Positions 1 through 11,699 of a stretch of DNA of 64,000 bases are shown piece by piece. Position 1 is the first letter of the stretch, and the number at the start of each line of letters is the position of its first letter. The position numbers and the translations under genes are program-made. Origin of the DNA: Bilabrum cf. latius (lineage: Eukaryota); NCBI GenBank assembly GCA_965178125.1, contig OZ237735.1, positions 1,612,001 to 1,676,000 of the forward strand, written 5' to 3'. The notes below the pieces were generated by a model. It had not been told where the DNA came from. It did not search any database and saw nothing but the letters and a program-made list of their open reading frames with translations.

Positions 1-564
1 AGAACACAACGGGGGGAAGGGGGCTCCAGGTGCAAGGCACGAGGGAGACACGGGTGGCAGCGGACTGCATGGCCAGCAGCACGCAGAAGGCCAACAGGTG
101 GGTGGACAGATGGGGCGCACGGCAGGTCGGCCAGGACCGGCGCGTGCAAGCTGAAAGGATAGGGCCAAGGTGGCAATGCTGGGAGCAAAGCACACGGACC
201 CTAGGGCGGGGAACAGGAACAGGAAGCCATGTGGCGACGAGGCCAGTCGGGTGCATGGGGAAAGTGGTGTGTACATTCGTAGTGTCAGATGAATACCGCA
301 TTCAGGTGGACCGGTGAAGAACCAGTCGTTCGGGGTGAAGCCCAGTGGGTCCGCGGGACCGGGGGCAGGAATTTTTTCTGCAACTCATCTACAAGCACGA
401 TCGGCGATCGAGGCACCCGGAGCCGTCTGCCCAAAGTGACAAAGTCCCTCCAATCCATGTGCGTCCAGTTCCCTTCTCGCACATCACTGTCTCTACATGC
501 CTGCACCGCACATATTATTGGAATTAGGCTGGCCAGCTACACGTCCTGACTGGCAGAATGGCAA

Positions 565-3500
565 TTAAACCGAGTCGGCCCCTCCCTTGTAGAACAGGAA
601 GATCTCCCAGGTCCCGAAGAAGATCTCAAGGGCGACTTCTGCCACGATGAGCCAAATGACAATCCACTCGAGTCTGCTTGAGTGCTACGCCTCCAGCTGC
701 GTGGACAGCATCTCCAGAAGCTCCCGAATGACATCTAGCCGCTGGTTCAGGAGGTCAACCCGCCGCTCGATGTCCAAATAGGACTGCATCCTCTCGAAGA
801 TTGGCTCGAACTCGTCCGACTCCCAGAGGAATTCCGGGGTATCCAACAAGTCCGACGTGTTGATGGTGTTTCTCTCCACGAAAAGGAGCCCGATCTTCTT
901 GGACACGTCCAGCTCGGACAAGCCGACGCGCCCAGTCCTCGCTAGCTCGATCGGCACGCTCTGGGTCTTGGAGATCGTCCTGTTGACACGAGTCTCTAGC
1001 ACGCTCAGCTTGACGCTCTGTGCAAAGGCATACGAAGCAGCCAGCCTCTCGATGGGGTCGTTCGTCCCCAGCACCACCTCGTCGCTGACCACGCGGCTCT
1101 TGGCGCCGTGGCTGAACTCCATGTCGTCGCATTCGATCTCAGACACGGGACCCAGCACCAGGCCCCCGCCCGTCCCACTCGCCCCGCGGCCGAAGGCAGC
1201 AGACAGGAAAGTACCGGTACCGGTTCTGCCCGTGGCTACTGATGCAGACGAATCCTGCTTCCGGAGCACATGCTCGGGGGCAAGCATGGCGGCACCCATA
1301 GCACGCCTGCGGAGTCCATCGGCTCCCGCAGAGTGGTTGACGCTCACTGCGCTGCCGGTGACTGCTTGCATCCCTCGGTGGCTCCACGACTGCCACCCGT
1401 CGCCTTGCTGATGCTGCTGCTGCTGCTGCTGATGTTGTTGTTGTTGAAATCCGTGACCAGCACTGGTGGCGGACCTGCCCCCGGGTTTGCCCATGGCCAG
1501 CCGGGAGGACCCCAGCTGGGAGCGAGATGCACCACTGCCACCTGCACCTTGCCCAGGGGTCCCTGGCCCGACGCCGGAATCGGCTCCGGATCCCGCCAGG
1601 GAATCGTTCTGAAGCAGGGAGGCCGTCGCGGACGCACCACTGCCTGCTCCTCCGTGCAAGGACCCGATCGATCGGATGGGCGACTCCTAAGTGGCGGTGG
1701 TTGAGCTCGGGCCAAGCTCCAGCCCGATCCCGCTCGAGTCGTGGTGGGCAGCAGCAGCCAAAGAGCCATGCTTTCCCTCATGTGATCGGCCGCCGTCTTG
1801 TTCCTTGGTCTCCTCGGAGACGTTGTTCCCTGAGCCGGAGGAGCGGCTGCCCGCGTTGGCCCGCTCCAGCCGGATAGCGCGAACCTCTGCCTCAGCCTCC
1901 GCCGCGGCCGCTGCGGCCTCCTCTGCGGTCTGCTCCGCAACTGCTTTGTCGTAGAGGAAATCTATCTCTGGGTATATGCTGTCCCGGTCCCCGTCATCGT
2001 CGCTACCCCCGGCCTGGTCCCCTTCGGCATCCCCCCCCAGCGACTCCGAGTCCCCTTCCCCTGCGCCCCCGCCCCCGCCGCCCAGTGCTGCCAGCCGGTC
2101 GATCAGGGCGCGCTCCTCCTCCTCCCCGGGAAAGCCCCAGAGAACAACGGCACCAAACGGGAAGAAGAACACGTCTCGCCGCTCCATCGGGGTACCGACT
2201 GACTGCGACTGTGACTGCGACTGATGCTGTGCTCCAATCCCGGCGAGAGCGGGGGGTGTTCCCGCAGAACCCCCGAGGGAAAGCGGGGGCGGCTGCCCCG
2301 CAGCCCCACCCGTCGCGACCCCCAGCTACTCCTCGTCATCTGTCTTACCACCCCCGGGGTCCATGGCGCTCGCAAAGGGCGAGAGCGGGTGCTCCGGCGG
2401 CAGCGGCATCCGCGGCCTGGGTCTCGACGGCCCTTCCGTGTACGAGTGGACCACCTCTGTGTACATGGTGTGCGTCCACAGCAAGGGCCTGCCGTCCTCC
2501 GTCTCCGCAGGGCACACGGCCAGGTCGCTGGGCCAGCGGGCGGAGAGGACGCCCAGCAGCCTGGCGGTCGGGATCCTGGCGCAGATGCAGTACGCTGCAA
2601 GCCTCCCCTTGTACACCCCTACCCGCGCCGCCCGCGCCCGCCTCGCCCTCCTCGCGAGTCGAGCCGACTCCTTGAGCCGTCTGCTCCTCGCCTCCTCGAA
2701 CACGGCGTCGCCCAGGTGGGCAAAGGAACCGCTGCCGAGGGTCGTCGTCCCAGTCCCGCTCGTCAGCCCCCGCATCATCCCCTGACCACTTGGCACGCTG
2801 CCAGCGTCACCAGTCCGAGAGGCGCGCTGCCGGGAACGGCCGGCGGCCGAGGAGCTCTGGTGCTACTACTACTCATGCTACTTCTCCTGCTACTGCTACT
2901 GCTACTGCTACTGCTACTGCTACTGCTACTGCTGCTGCTGCTGCTGAGTCACTGCAGGAAAATCCCAACCGTCGAGCCCCGATGCCGTTGCGCTTGTTCC
3001 CTGGATGCCACTTTGACCACCTTCTCCTTGCAGCCCCGGCGCCAGTCCCCAGCCGCTGGGCAGACCAGCACCAGTCGCAGTGGAGCCGCTGCCGCCTGCA
3101 ACGCTACCAGCGCCCCCCGTGCTCCCGCCTGCAGCCGACCCAAAGGCGCCGCCGGGTGCCGGAGTCCCCTCCACGTTCAAGATGGTGCCCCCTCGCGCCA
3201 CCAGCGTGCGGTGGTTGTGGGTGTGCCGCGGGGCGTGGTGCACCGGCACTCCCGCGGCCATGGGTGCCGAAGAGCCTGGCGAGCGTTCTTGCGCACGGAC
3301 AGCGGTGGCCTTCAACCCAGGAGCAGCCCCAGTTCCGGCCCCGACCCCGGCCCCGGCCCCGGTTCCAGTCGCCCCCCCCAGCGACCCGCCGCCCTCGCCG
3401 TCGGAGAAGGATCGGATCACGCCCGGCGCGACGGCTGCGTGGCCGCCCAGCTTGTTCCGGTTTCGCCTGGACGACGAAGACATGAGCACGTCTTTCGCGC

Positions 3501-4932
3501 TTAGCCCCAGGACCCTGCCGGAATGCGCGGCGCCGATGTGCTGCGGAACATGCCGCTGCCGCGACCGGCTGGCGACGTCGCCATCCGATGCGCTGTCCAT
3601 GCCAGACGTCTCTCCCTCCGTCGCACTCGTCACACCCCCGAACTCCCCGGCAGAGTCGTAGGTCAGCGGGACCTCCTGCTGCTACAGGTGGGACCGCTGC
3701 GAGCCCGCCGGAGTTCCCGTTCCTGAGGTTGCAACCGGTGCAAAGTGGTGCATGGAGGCCAGTGGCGGCGTGGCCGGGACCATTGCGAGCAGTGGTGGGG
3801 CCCCTGCTGTTCCCTGTGCCACGTATGCGTATCTCCAGCCAGGTGGGGGCACCAGCGGCATCGGCTGCATCTGCATCGGCTGCTGCATGTCGTAGCTCTG
3901 GACCTGGCCGGGGAGAGGCTGCGGAGACTGCCCGGGGCTGTCGTGCGCCACGCTGCTTTGGGTGGTAGCGGTGCCACTGATTGGCGCTCCAGTGCTCGTG
4001 GCGGCACTCGTCACACCTGATTCTGCCAAGGTTGCGGCAGGTGGCGCCGACGTTGGTGTGGGCGCAGATACAACGGGCGTTGCAGGTTGCTGTGATGCGA
4101 CATAGGCAGGGTACTGCTGTTGCTGCTGCTGAAGTAGCTGCTGCTACCAATAGAACTGCTGCTGCTGCTACTGCTATTGCTGCAGGAGCTGAAGCTGCTA
4201 CATGTGTTCTTGCTGCGCGGCTTTCCAGCCAGGTCCTGCCTGGGGACCTTTGCCCACGACGCGCCGCCTGGCTGCCGCTGCTGCAAAGGTAGCTGGATGG
4301 GATCGGCGCTGCTGCTAGTGGTACATGGCGGCAGCGGCATAGGGCGCAAACTGTCCTTGCCACGGGATCGCTGGTCCAAACGGTTGCAGCCCTGCCGGTG
4401 TATCAGCCGCAAAATGCGGGAAAATGGCAGTTGATGTTGCTACACTCGGAAATTGAACCCCATCGTGACCTGCACCGGCCGATTGACCTACACTTGGGAT
4501 ACTTGTTGGGATCCCTTCGGTATCGAGTTTCCCATCGCTGACAGAATTCGCACCGGAGCTGGCATCCCCAGGACTACTTTGAGACTGAGACCCTGGCTGA
4601 GCTGTTGAGTGCATAGCATCCAATGTGTTTCCGTGCTAGTTGGAGCTCAGGTGGTCAGGAGCACCGTCCTCTGTGGACTTCTCGACAGCCACGGAAGCAG
4701 GGGGACTATTTCCAGAATTTAGGTCTCTCGAAGGGAATTCAAGCGATGGCTCGGGAACTAGTGGACTCTCTAATACACCTTCATCATCTACTTCGTAGCC
4801 CGCTTCAGAGGCTTGCTCAGACGCGGAAGTTGAGCCGGTTCGAGACCTGGATCGAGTATGTCCGCGCCCGGTAACTCCAGGCGCGGACCTTGCTATTCTC
4901 TTCGGCCCGTCTCCATCCAATGAGGAACTCAT
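565..4932 (-). CDS. DUF155 (RMD1/RMND1/Sif2 family) protein with long Gln-rich low-complexity N-terminus, ~1455 aa reading TAG as Gln
   Basis: ORF pieces 4636-4932, 4315-4623, 3682-4029, 2926-3633, 2326-2796, 1687-2187 and 685-1659 share one frame and are joined only by TAG (~21). Family motifs: DVFFFPFGAVVLWGF, ERLAASYAFAQSVKLSVLE, LLDTPEFLWE, YLDIERRVDLLNQRL, and past the TAG at 685, *HSSRLEWIVIWLIVAEV. Ends TAA at 565-567. Confidence 0.85.
2863..2946 (-). repeat. Coding poly-Gln microsatellite (CAG)6(TAG CAG)7, followed by further TAG codons
   Basis: Read directly in the DUF155 gene frame: six CAG, seven TAG-CAG pairs, then GAG AAG TAG CAT GAG TAG TAG TAG CAC. Confidence 0.95.
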
Positions 4933-5167
4933 GCAGTGAACGCGTGTACGGAAGCGCTGCGCCTTCGGTCGGTAGGTTCAGCCTTTCTGTGTGTGCTTGA
5001 CGAATCGGGTTCGGTTCGGTTCCGCGGCAGCGCCGCGGCAAAACAGCACGCCACAACCCCCTCGGCAAGCCCAACTAAACCGGCAGCGTCGCAAGGTTGT
5101 GGGATCACGCACACTGAATTGGTCCTCGATTTATTTGCAGGTCAACGTCAATCTGAACAGTGGCGCT

Positions 5168-7606
5168 ATGGTGGACACAGTAGATGGCCTGCGCAAGCAG
5201 GTTGCCAGGGTCACTGAACAGGGCAAGGCAGCGATCCAGGCAAAGCAATAGCAATTGTTAGAAGCGCAGCAGATCATCCAGACCCTGCAAGCAACCGGTT
5301 CTAAACAGAGTGCTCAGTGGGTGCTGGAAAAGGCGTTTCGCACGATGGTACAGAATAAAGTCGCAACGGCAAGCCTGAAAGTGCTGCTGCAACAGGTAGC
5401 AGATGAGGCCGGCAGAGAGGCGGAGGGTAACATTGCAACTGCAAAGGAAGTAGCGAGATAGCTTGGGGAGGTCTCTCGTGGGTCTGCATCACTTGACGTG
5501 GGAGGTGTTGCAGACTGGGCGATTGGAGGCAGGGTTGCTGCGTGTCCTCGCTGCTCGTTCCGGTCACCGTCACGCTCCAAATTCTGCGGAGGCTGCGGCC
5601 AGCCTATGCCAAGTTAGGGTGGACCGGGGATGTTTGGCAGGCAGTCAGACTCCGGGAGCGCAGCGGGCGGGGCAGCTGCAGCGGGTGCCAAAGGTAGGTA
5701 GGCCGGTGCGAGCAGGGGCGCCACGACCGCCGCCGGCTCAGGCGCAACCGCAACCGGCAAGGGAACGGCCGATGCGGCGACCCAGGCCTCACAGATGTCA
5801 ATCGGTTAGCTTAAGAGGCTTGTGGCTTCATCTAGCCTGCGATCCGAGGGCGAAACCGCGCTGGAGAGGAAGGACCTCGAGAGGCTTGCGACCAGGGTGC
5901 TGAGCGAGCAGCGAGCAAGTGCTCCGGCAGCGAGCAGCGGGGCGTCGAGCAGCAGCACAAAAGCTGCAGAGACTCAATCGGCAGCGAAGGGGAAAGGGAA
6001 AGGGAAGGGCAGAGCCAAGAGCAGAGCAAAAAGCAGAGCAAAGTCAAGAGCAAAAAGCCGTGGCAAGGGCAGGCAATCGGCCGCCGCGGGCACATCCGCC
6101 GCGCCCGCTGCATCCGGCACGATGCCCCCGGCAGTGCCCCCTGTGTCTGCGCCCGCTCCCGCAGCCAAGGCTGTCAAGTCCAGCAGCCAGCGGGCGAGGC
6201 ACGCCAGCTCTGGCTCAGCGTCAGGGTCTGCGTCCGTAGGGAGCGGGGATGGGCCCGGAAACGCATTCGATGCCCTGCGTCGAGGCCTGGAGGAAGAAGA
6301 GGCCAGGCAGCGGAAGAAGGAGGCAGACGCGGCGGCGGCGGCGGCAGCGGCGGCAGCGGCAGAGGAGGACGTACGGAGCCGGCGCGCGACCGGTGCACGC
6401 CGCAGGGGAGGTGCCATTGCCGAGGCTCGCAGGCAGGTGATGGCTCGGTAGGCAGAGGAGTAGGCCAAGGTGAAAGCAGAGCAGCAGGCCAAGGCGAGAG
6501 CAGAGGCGGCCAAGCGGGAAGAGGAGCAGAAGAAGGCGAGGGAGGCTGCGGCAGCGGCGGCTGCGCTGCGGGCCAAAGCGCCTGCGCTCGCGAAGGCGAG
6601 GGCACAGGCGGGGAATCCCTTCGGGTCTGCCGCTCCTGCAGCTGCACCCGCGCCGGGCAACCCATTTGGAGGTGGGAGCAGCGCGCGAGCCACAGCACCG
6701 GCCCCAGCGCCCGCTCCCGCTCCGGCGCCGGGCAACCCCTTCCCTGCTTCCACGGCCAGGGGCACTGCCGGGAGGGCGGGAGCCGCAGCACCGGGCAACC
6801 CCTTCGGCGAGGCTGCTTCCCAGGGAACAAGGCGGGGGCATGCCAAGTCGAAGAGCGCAGGCGCAGCTGCTCCGGCAGCAGCGGAAGCGAGCGGGGGCGC
6901 ATCACCAGCGCCCGGGAATCCGTTCGGAGGATCCACTCATCCGACCTCTGCGGCAGCGAGCGGAACTAGCGGAACAGGAACCGATTCGCCGCGCAGCTCC
7001 GCCACAGCCCCTGCCGGCAAGTAGAGGACGACGACGGCCCAGGAGGACGGCTTGGACGAGCACTGGGTCAAGGCACACACGGGCGAGGGCGTGCCGTACT
7101 ATTACCACAAGGAAACGAGAGAGACTCGATGGGAGAAGCCGGATCCGAAGGTGGGCAAGCAGATGGAGGCCAGGAGGCTGAGGGCAGAGGCAGAGAAGGA
7201 GAGGAGGCGGGCGGCGCGGCTGGCAGAGCTCAAATCCAGAGAGGCCACGCAGGGCAGCATGGCGGCAGAGAAAGAGGCCGTCAGCGCAGGGGTCTCCAAG
7301 GTGATCGACACGTGGGCGGCCAATGCGGGGTGGAGGGCCAGCAAGAAGAAGGCCATCGGGGGGCGCAGGCCCGTCACCATCCTTGCCACCCTGCTCGCGA
7401 CGCTCGACAGGATACCTGGCCTGCCGGCTGACAAGGTGGCGCTGGACCCTAGGTCTGCTGCGGACGGTGCGGTGAAAAAGGGTTACCTCAAGACGGTGCG
7501 GAAGATCCATCCGGACAAGCTGGCGGCTGGTGCGAGTGCCAAAGTCAGGGCGTCGTCCGAGATGGCCTTTGCCGTACTGTCTGCCGTCTACTCCGCCATG
7601 AGTTGA
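5168..7606 (+). CDS. Auxilin-like J-domain co-chaperone with zinc ribbon, NPF repeats and WW domain, ~812 aa (TAG=Gln)
   Basis: One frame from ATG 5168 to TGA 7606, broken only by ~8 TAG. Contains CPRC..FCGGCG, five GNPF motifs, a WW-like segment (HWVKAHTGEGVPYYYHKETRETRWEKP) and a C-terminal auxilin-type J domain (VKKGYLKTVRKIHPDKL..SEMAFAVLSAVY). Confidence 0.8.
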
Positions 7607-7813
7607 CGCTGACACCTTGATTAGAATAAATTTCATCGAGAATGTTGTGGCTGGCGCAAATTGCAGCTCTTTTGCAACATGCTGAGCTAGACTCGCGGAA
7701 GGATCCGGAACAGCACCCACTGGAAGGTTTTCTTGTGCGTATCGCACAGTCACGTGTCATTGGTGCAAGTGGTGGCTAGCCAGCTGTAAACTTGCATACA
7801 GCTTACCACTAAA

Positions 7814-8539
7814 ATGGCTGCCGTGGATGGATCGCTCGCCAAAGCAGCCTCAGAGAGCAAAGTGGGACCCGAAGGTGCGACTGCAACTGCTGAGCCTTCA
7901 CCGGCACGCGCAGTTTCTGAGGTGTAGAAGCTATTTGAGGAGCACGGGGAGGGTGATTATATCGGAGAGGCTGTTACTCAGTTAGAACACGCCTTGCAAT
8001 GCGCAAAGCTGGCGAAGGATGCGGGCTCCCAGGATGTAGTCGTGATTGGTGCTCTCTTGCACGACGTCGGGCACATGATCGGGCTCCGTGAAGGCGGCGA
8101 AAAGGCCAATCGAATGGGTGGGTGTGGCGTTATGCATCATGAGCGCATTGGCCGAGCTTGGCTCGAAGGCCTTGGATTCCCAATCGCTACGGTCGAGGTA
8201 GTGGAGGGACACGTCCAGGCAAAGCGATACCTGTGCTGGAAGCACCCAGACTACCATTCAAAGCTGTCCGATGCTAGCAAGACCACGCTGACGTACCAAG
8301 GCGGCGTGATGACCGACGCGGAGGCGCATGCCTTCGTGCGAAGCCCGCTCTTCGACACAATCATCAAGATGAGGTCCTGGGACGAGAAGGCCAAAATCAA
8401 AGGGCTTGACGTGCCTGGCCTCGACGAGTACTCTCCGATGATAGAGACTATAGTGGGAACGAACCTGGAGATCAAGAGGGCGACCGCAAGAGCAATCGCG
8501 GCCCAGGGCAAGAAGGACGAAGAATCCAAGGCGGAGTGA
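7814..8539 (+). CDS. PhnZ-like HD-domain diiron oxygenase/phosphohydrolase, ~241 aa
   Basis: ATG 7814, one internal TAG (7925), TGA end. Motifs YIGEAVTQLEHALQCA, ALLHDVGH, HHERIG, HVQAKRYL, LSDASKTTLTYQGG and MRSWDEKAK match the PhnZ/TmpB-type HD family. Confidence 0.85.
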
Positions 8540-8828
8540 AGTGCCACGGGTCGATCGGGGCGGGAGGATGCAGCCTCAATGCAATGCTGGTTTATGTCAA
8601 TTGCTAATGTGTTTGCAGTTGAAGGCGCTCCAGTACTGCCTTGGTGCGGCCAGCCAGAGAGGTCGCACAAACAGCCAACAGCACGAGTGCCCAGCAATGA
8701 TCAATGAGGCGCCATGGAAATCCCCCAAACAATGCCATTAATTACAAACCCCTGCAATAGAATGTACGTGTCGTGAGAGCAACCCGTAGAGATAGACAGA
8801 AGATACCTATGCATTTCAATTAGATTCA

Positions 8829-9249
8829 TCAAGCGCGACCGTCTTGCTACGACTGCCACTCTTCTACCGCCCGTCGCACAACCTTTTCCTCAGTATGCGG
8901 AGCAACTTTAGCTGACTCCTGATTGTGAGCCACGTACGGCTTCAGCTATACTCCGTCCATCGGGGGGGCAACTATCTCGAACTTTCGCTTGTCTAGCGAC
9001 ACAAACTTTGCTTTCGTGGTCATCGTGCCTGGTTTATGGGACCCGAACCCCTTGGTGAATCCTGCGAACAAGAGAAAACACGGGCGCATGCGAAACGTAT
9101 CGCATAGCCCACCCTGTAGCCTGACACAATAGCAGAAGAAGTCAGAAGGGCGTCTTACCTTTCGGAGCATGCTTCGGGCTGAACCTAAATTTTCTACTCT
9201 ATCTGTTCGAGAATTTACCTCTGGATAAACCCCTCGCAACACCGCTCAT
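8829..9249 (-). CDS. MRPL41: Mitochondrial ribosomal protein mL41 (MRPL41/yeast MrpL27 family), ~107 aa; exons 9249-9159 and 9061-8829
   Basis: Phase-1 intron 9062-9158 (GTAAGA...TTCGCAG). Spliced product SPKHAPKGFTKGFGSHKPGTMTTKAKF..EIVAPPMDGV*LKPYVAH fits the mL41 pattern. Three in-frame TAG (9199, 8946, 8847); ends TGA. Confidence 0.75.
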
Positions 9250-9393
9250 GCTTCAATTGTTGCTTGTTCGTGCGGTTCGCTGATCGAACCCATGAGGAAC
9301 GTTCCACATATTTGACATCCACGTCGGTGGGATAATTTGAGGCATACCAGGCCATCAACGAGAATATCAGCCCTTATTTCTTTGCCCAACACC

Positions 9394-10209
9394 ATGATCT
9401 CAACAAACTTGTTAGCCAAGACTTCACGCGGTTGCGTGAGAACAGCCAGATTGGGTGCTGCACTTAGGTCGATCCAAAGCTGGTCTGGATGGTCTCCTCC
9501 TCCAAGCGCTGGAATCGGCCACACTGGATACGGCACCGAGCCTCAGGTCTTAAGAGCCACAACCATTCTATCTGTGCGAAAAGATGGCAAAGTTGCCGTT
9601 GTGGGTGACGGCCAGGTCAGCATGGGATCCATGGTCGTGAAGCCGAATGCTAGGAAAGTCCGGAGAATTGGTGACGGGAATGTCATTGTTGGGTTTGCTG
9701 GTGGTACCGCAGATGCTCTCACGCTCATGGAGCGCCTCGAAAGCAAGCTTGAGACGTACAGCAACCAGCTGCTCCGCGCCTGCGTTGAGATGGCGAAGGA
9801 CTGGCGCACTGAAAAATACCTGCGAAAGCTGGAAGCCACCATGATTGTGTGCGACAAGCACGTTTCTTTGGAGGTGACGGGGAATGGCGACGTGCTGTCC
9901 CCTCCAGACGGCGTCATCGCAGTGGGCAGCGGAGGAGCATACGCCCGAGCAGCTGCCGCCGCTCTCATGACGACCGACCTACCCGCCATGGAAATCGCCG
10001 AACGTTCCATGAAGATCGCCGCGGACATGTGCGTGTACACGAACCACAACTTTATCCGCGAGGAGATGGATGCAGAGGAGGCGCCCGAGGGTGCGGATCA
10101 GGGCCAGGAGCAGGACAGCTGGACCTCTGCGAGAGGCGGGGGCGGGGGTGAGAGAGGAAGGGACACAGATGAAAGCGACAGCGATTCGGAGGATGAGGGC
10201 AGGAAGTGA
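9394..10209 (+). CDS. hslV: Organellar HslV (ClpQ) threonine protease with N-terminal presequence, ~271 aa
   Basis: Mature N-terminus [23 protein letters not shown], plus [30 protein letters not shown] and [11 protein letters not shown]. Preceded by an Arg/Ser-rich leader. No TAG; ends TGA. Confidence 0.95.
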   Translation: MISTNLLAKTSRGCVRTARLGAALRSIQSWSGWSPPPSAGIGHTGYGTEPQVLRATTILSVRKDGKVAVVGDGQVSMGSMVVKPNARKVRRIGDGNVIVGFAGGTADALTLMERLESKLETYSNQLLRACVEMAKDWRTEKYLRKLEATMIVCDKHVSLEVTGNGDVLSPPDGVIAVGSGGAYARAAAAALMTTDLPAMEIAERSMKIAADMCVYTNHNFIREEMDAEEAPEGADQGQEQDSWTSARGGGGGERGRDTDESDSDSEDEGRK

Positions 10210-10536
10210 GCAGGCAGGGCGTGATCGAGGCTGGGAGCACCAGCCACGGCATGGGACAGCACACGGGTGCAGGTGAAGGGAGGGAAGGGGGCAGACGGCA
10301 GTGAAAAGTGCAAGCAAGCGTCGAACCAATTGGTATGCGCACCGCAATGGGCTCTCTACCCATTCCGCCTCCTGCAGCACCTGCCATTCCATTTGCCGCA
10401 GCGAAAGTCGTTAGTGTCTTAGATGATCGCACGGGTCACAGTCAATTCAATGCTTGTCTGTTTTGAGATGTGTATTAGCCATTCGTATCGAAAGTAACTA
10501 TTCACTGCACTGCTTTTCATTGCACTGCGCTTAAGC

Positions 10537-11548
10537 TCAGCCCACGATGATCTTTCCGTCGTCGGTGAACTTGTAAGGGGGGATCTCAAGGTTGAGCGGG
10601 GCGGGGCCCTTCCTGATCCTGCCGCTGCCGTCGTAGTGCGACCCGTGGCAGGGGCAATACCAGCCGTGGTAATCGCCGGCGTTGGCGATGGGCACGCAGC
10701 CAAGGTGTGTGCAGATGCCCATGACCACCAGCCACTTGGAGTCCTGCACACGGGCCGCGTCAGCCTGGGGGTCCTTCATGTCCGACATGGGCACTCCCTC
10801 CGCCTCTGAGATCTGAGCCGCGGTCCTGTGCTTGATGAACACGGGCTTTCCGCGCCACTTGACGGTCACCACCTGGCCCTCCTCGATGCCGTTGAGGTCC
10901 ACCTCGAGACTGGCCATGGCCAGCACGTCGGCCGATGCGCTCATCGTCGCGACGGCGTTGATGATCGCTAGCCTGACGGCAGACGCGTAGATGAACTTGC
11001 TAGCTCCCAGCACAAAATAAGTGAACGCTTTCTTGGAACCCTGGTTACCAGGCTCCAGGCGGGTCTTCTCGAAGTAGTGGTCGGCACTGCCGTAGTCCAT
11101 GCCAACCTTCGCAAGAGCGTCATCGGACTTTGCCCCGTGCATGCTCTCGTAGCACACCGCTGCGCAATCATAATTGAGAACTAATGTAGATCAACAAAGT
11201 AGAATGCGATACAGTTCAATTGCGGGCAGCCGAGACCGCGTTTCGTGCGCACATGCCGAGACATGAGCAGGGTACCGTTGCAAATCACAAGCAGAAGGGC
11301 TATTGCTTCCAATGCATGGCATGACAGCTCAATTTTGTGACAGTCGCTCATTTTGTGCTGAGAGTGCTGCAACACACCTCCAGCCTAGGCCCTTTTCAAC
11401 GATGAAGAAGTCCTGACGATTCAATCACCCTTTCGAAGTGCGACATTCACTTACCTGGTGTGGAAGCAACGGACCTAGCTCCAGTACGGAACATAGACGA
11501 TCCCATAGGGGCCACCCGGCGCGCTGCAGAGAGAGCTCGTCTCATCAT
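10537..11548 (-). CDS. UQCRFS1: Cytochrome bc1 Rieske iron-sulfur subunit, ~238 aa; exons 11548-11455 and 11159-10537
   Basis: CTHLGCVP and CPCHGSHYD Rieske boxes, KWRGKPVF, GPAPLNLEIP. Exon 1 encodes a mitochondrial-type presequence (MMRRALSAARRVAP). Phase-1 intron 11160-11454 (GTAAGT...GCGCAG). Ends TGA. Confidence 0.95.
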
Positions 11549-11699
11549 GGCGCAGCACAAGCACTTCTTTTTCCCTTGGCATCTCCAGCCTATCGAAAAT
11601 CACATTTTCAGTAACGTAATGTTTCAATCTTTATATTGTAACGAATAGTTACTTATTTACAGCACTTGCTGTTGCACATTTAGCCCTTTCTGCCGAAAT

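Noticed and set aside
1-560. Possible exon (285-506 -) or gene end at the window edge
   Set aside because: No recognisable motif or convincing splice structure; upstream context is lacking.
2224-3504. 426-aa plus-strand ORF with a poly-Leu run resembling a TM segment
   Set aside because: It is the antisense shadow of the CAG/TAG poly-Gln tract in the DUF155 gene.
7814-10209. Bacterial contamination or operon suggested by phnZ-like and hslV genes
   Set aside because: They are interleaved with intron-containing genes, HslV has a presequence, and the PhnZ-like gene uses the host TAG codon.
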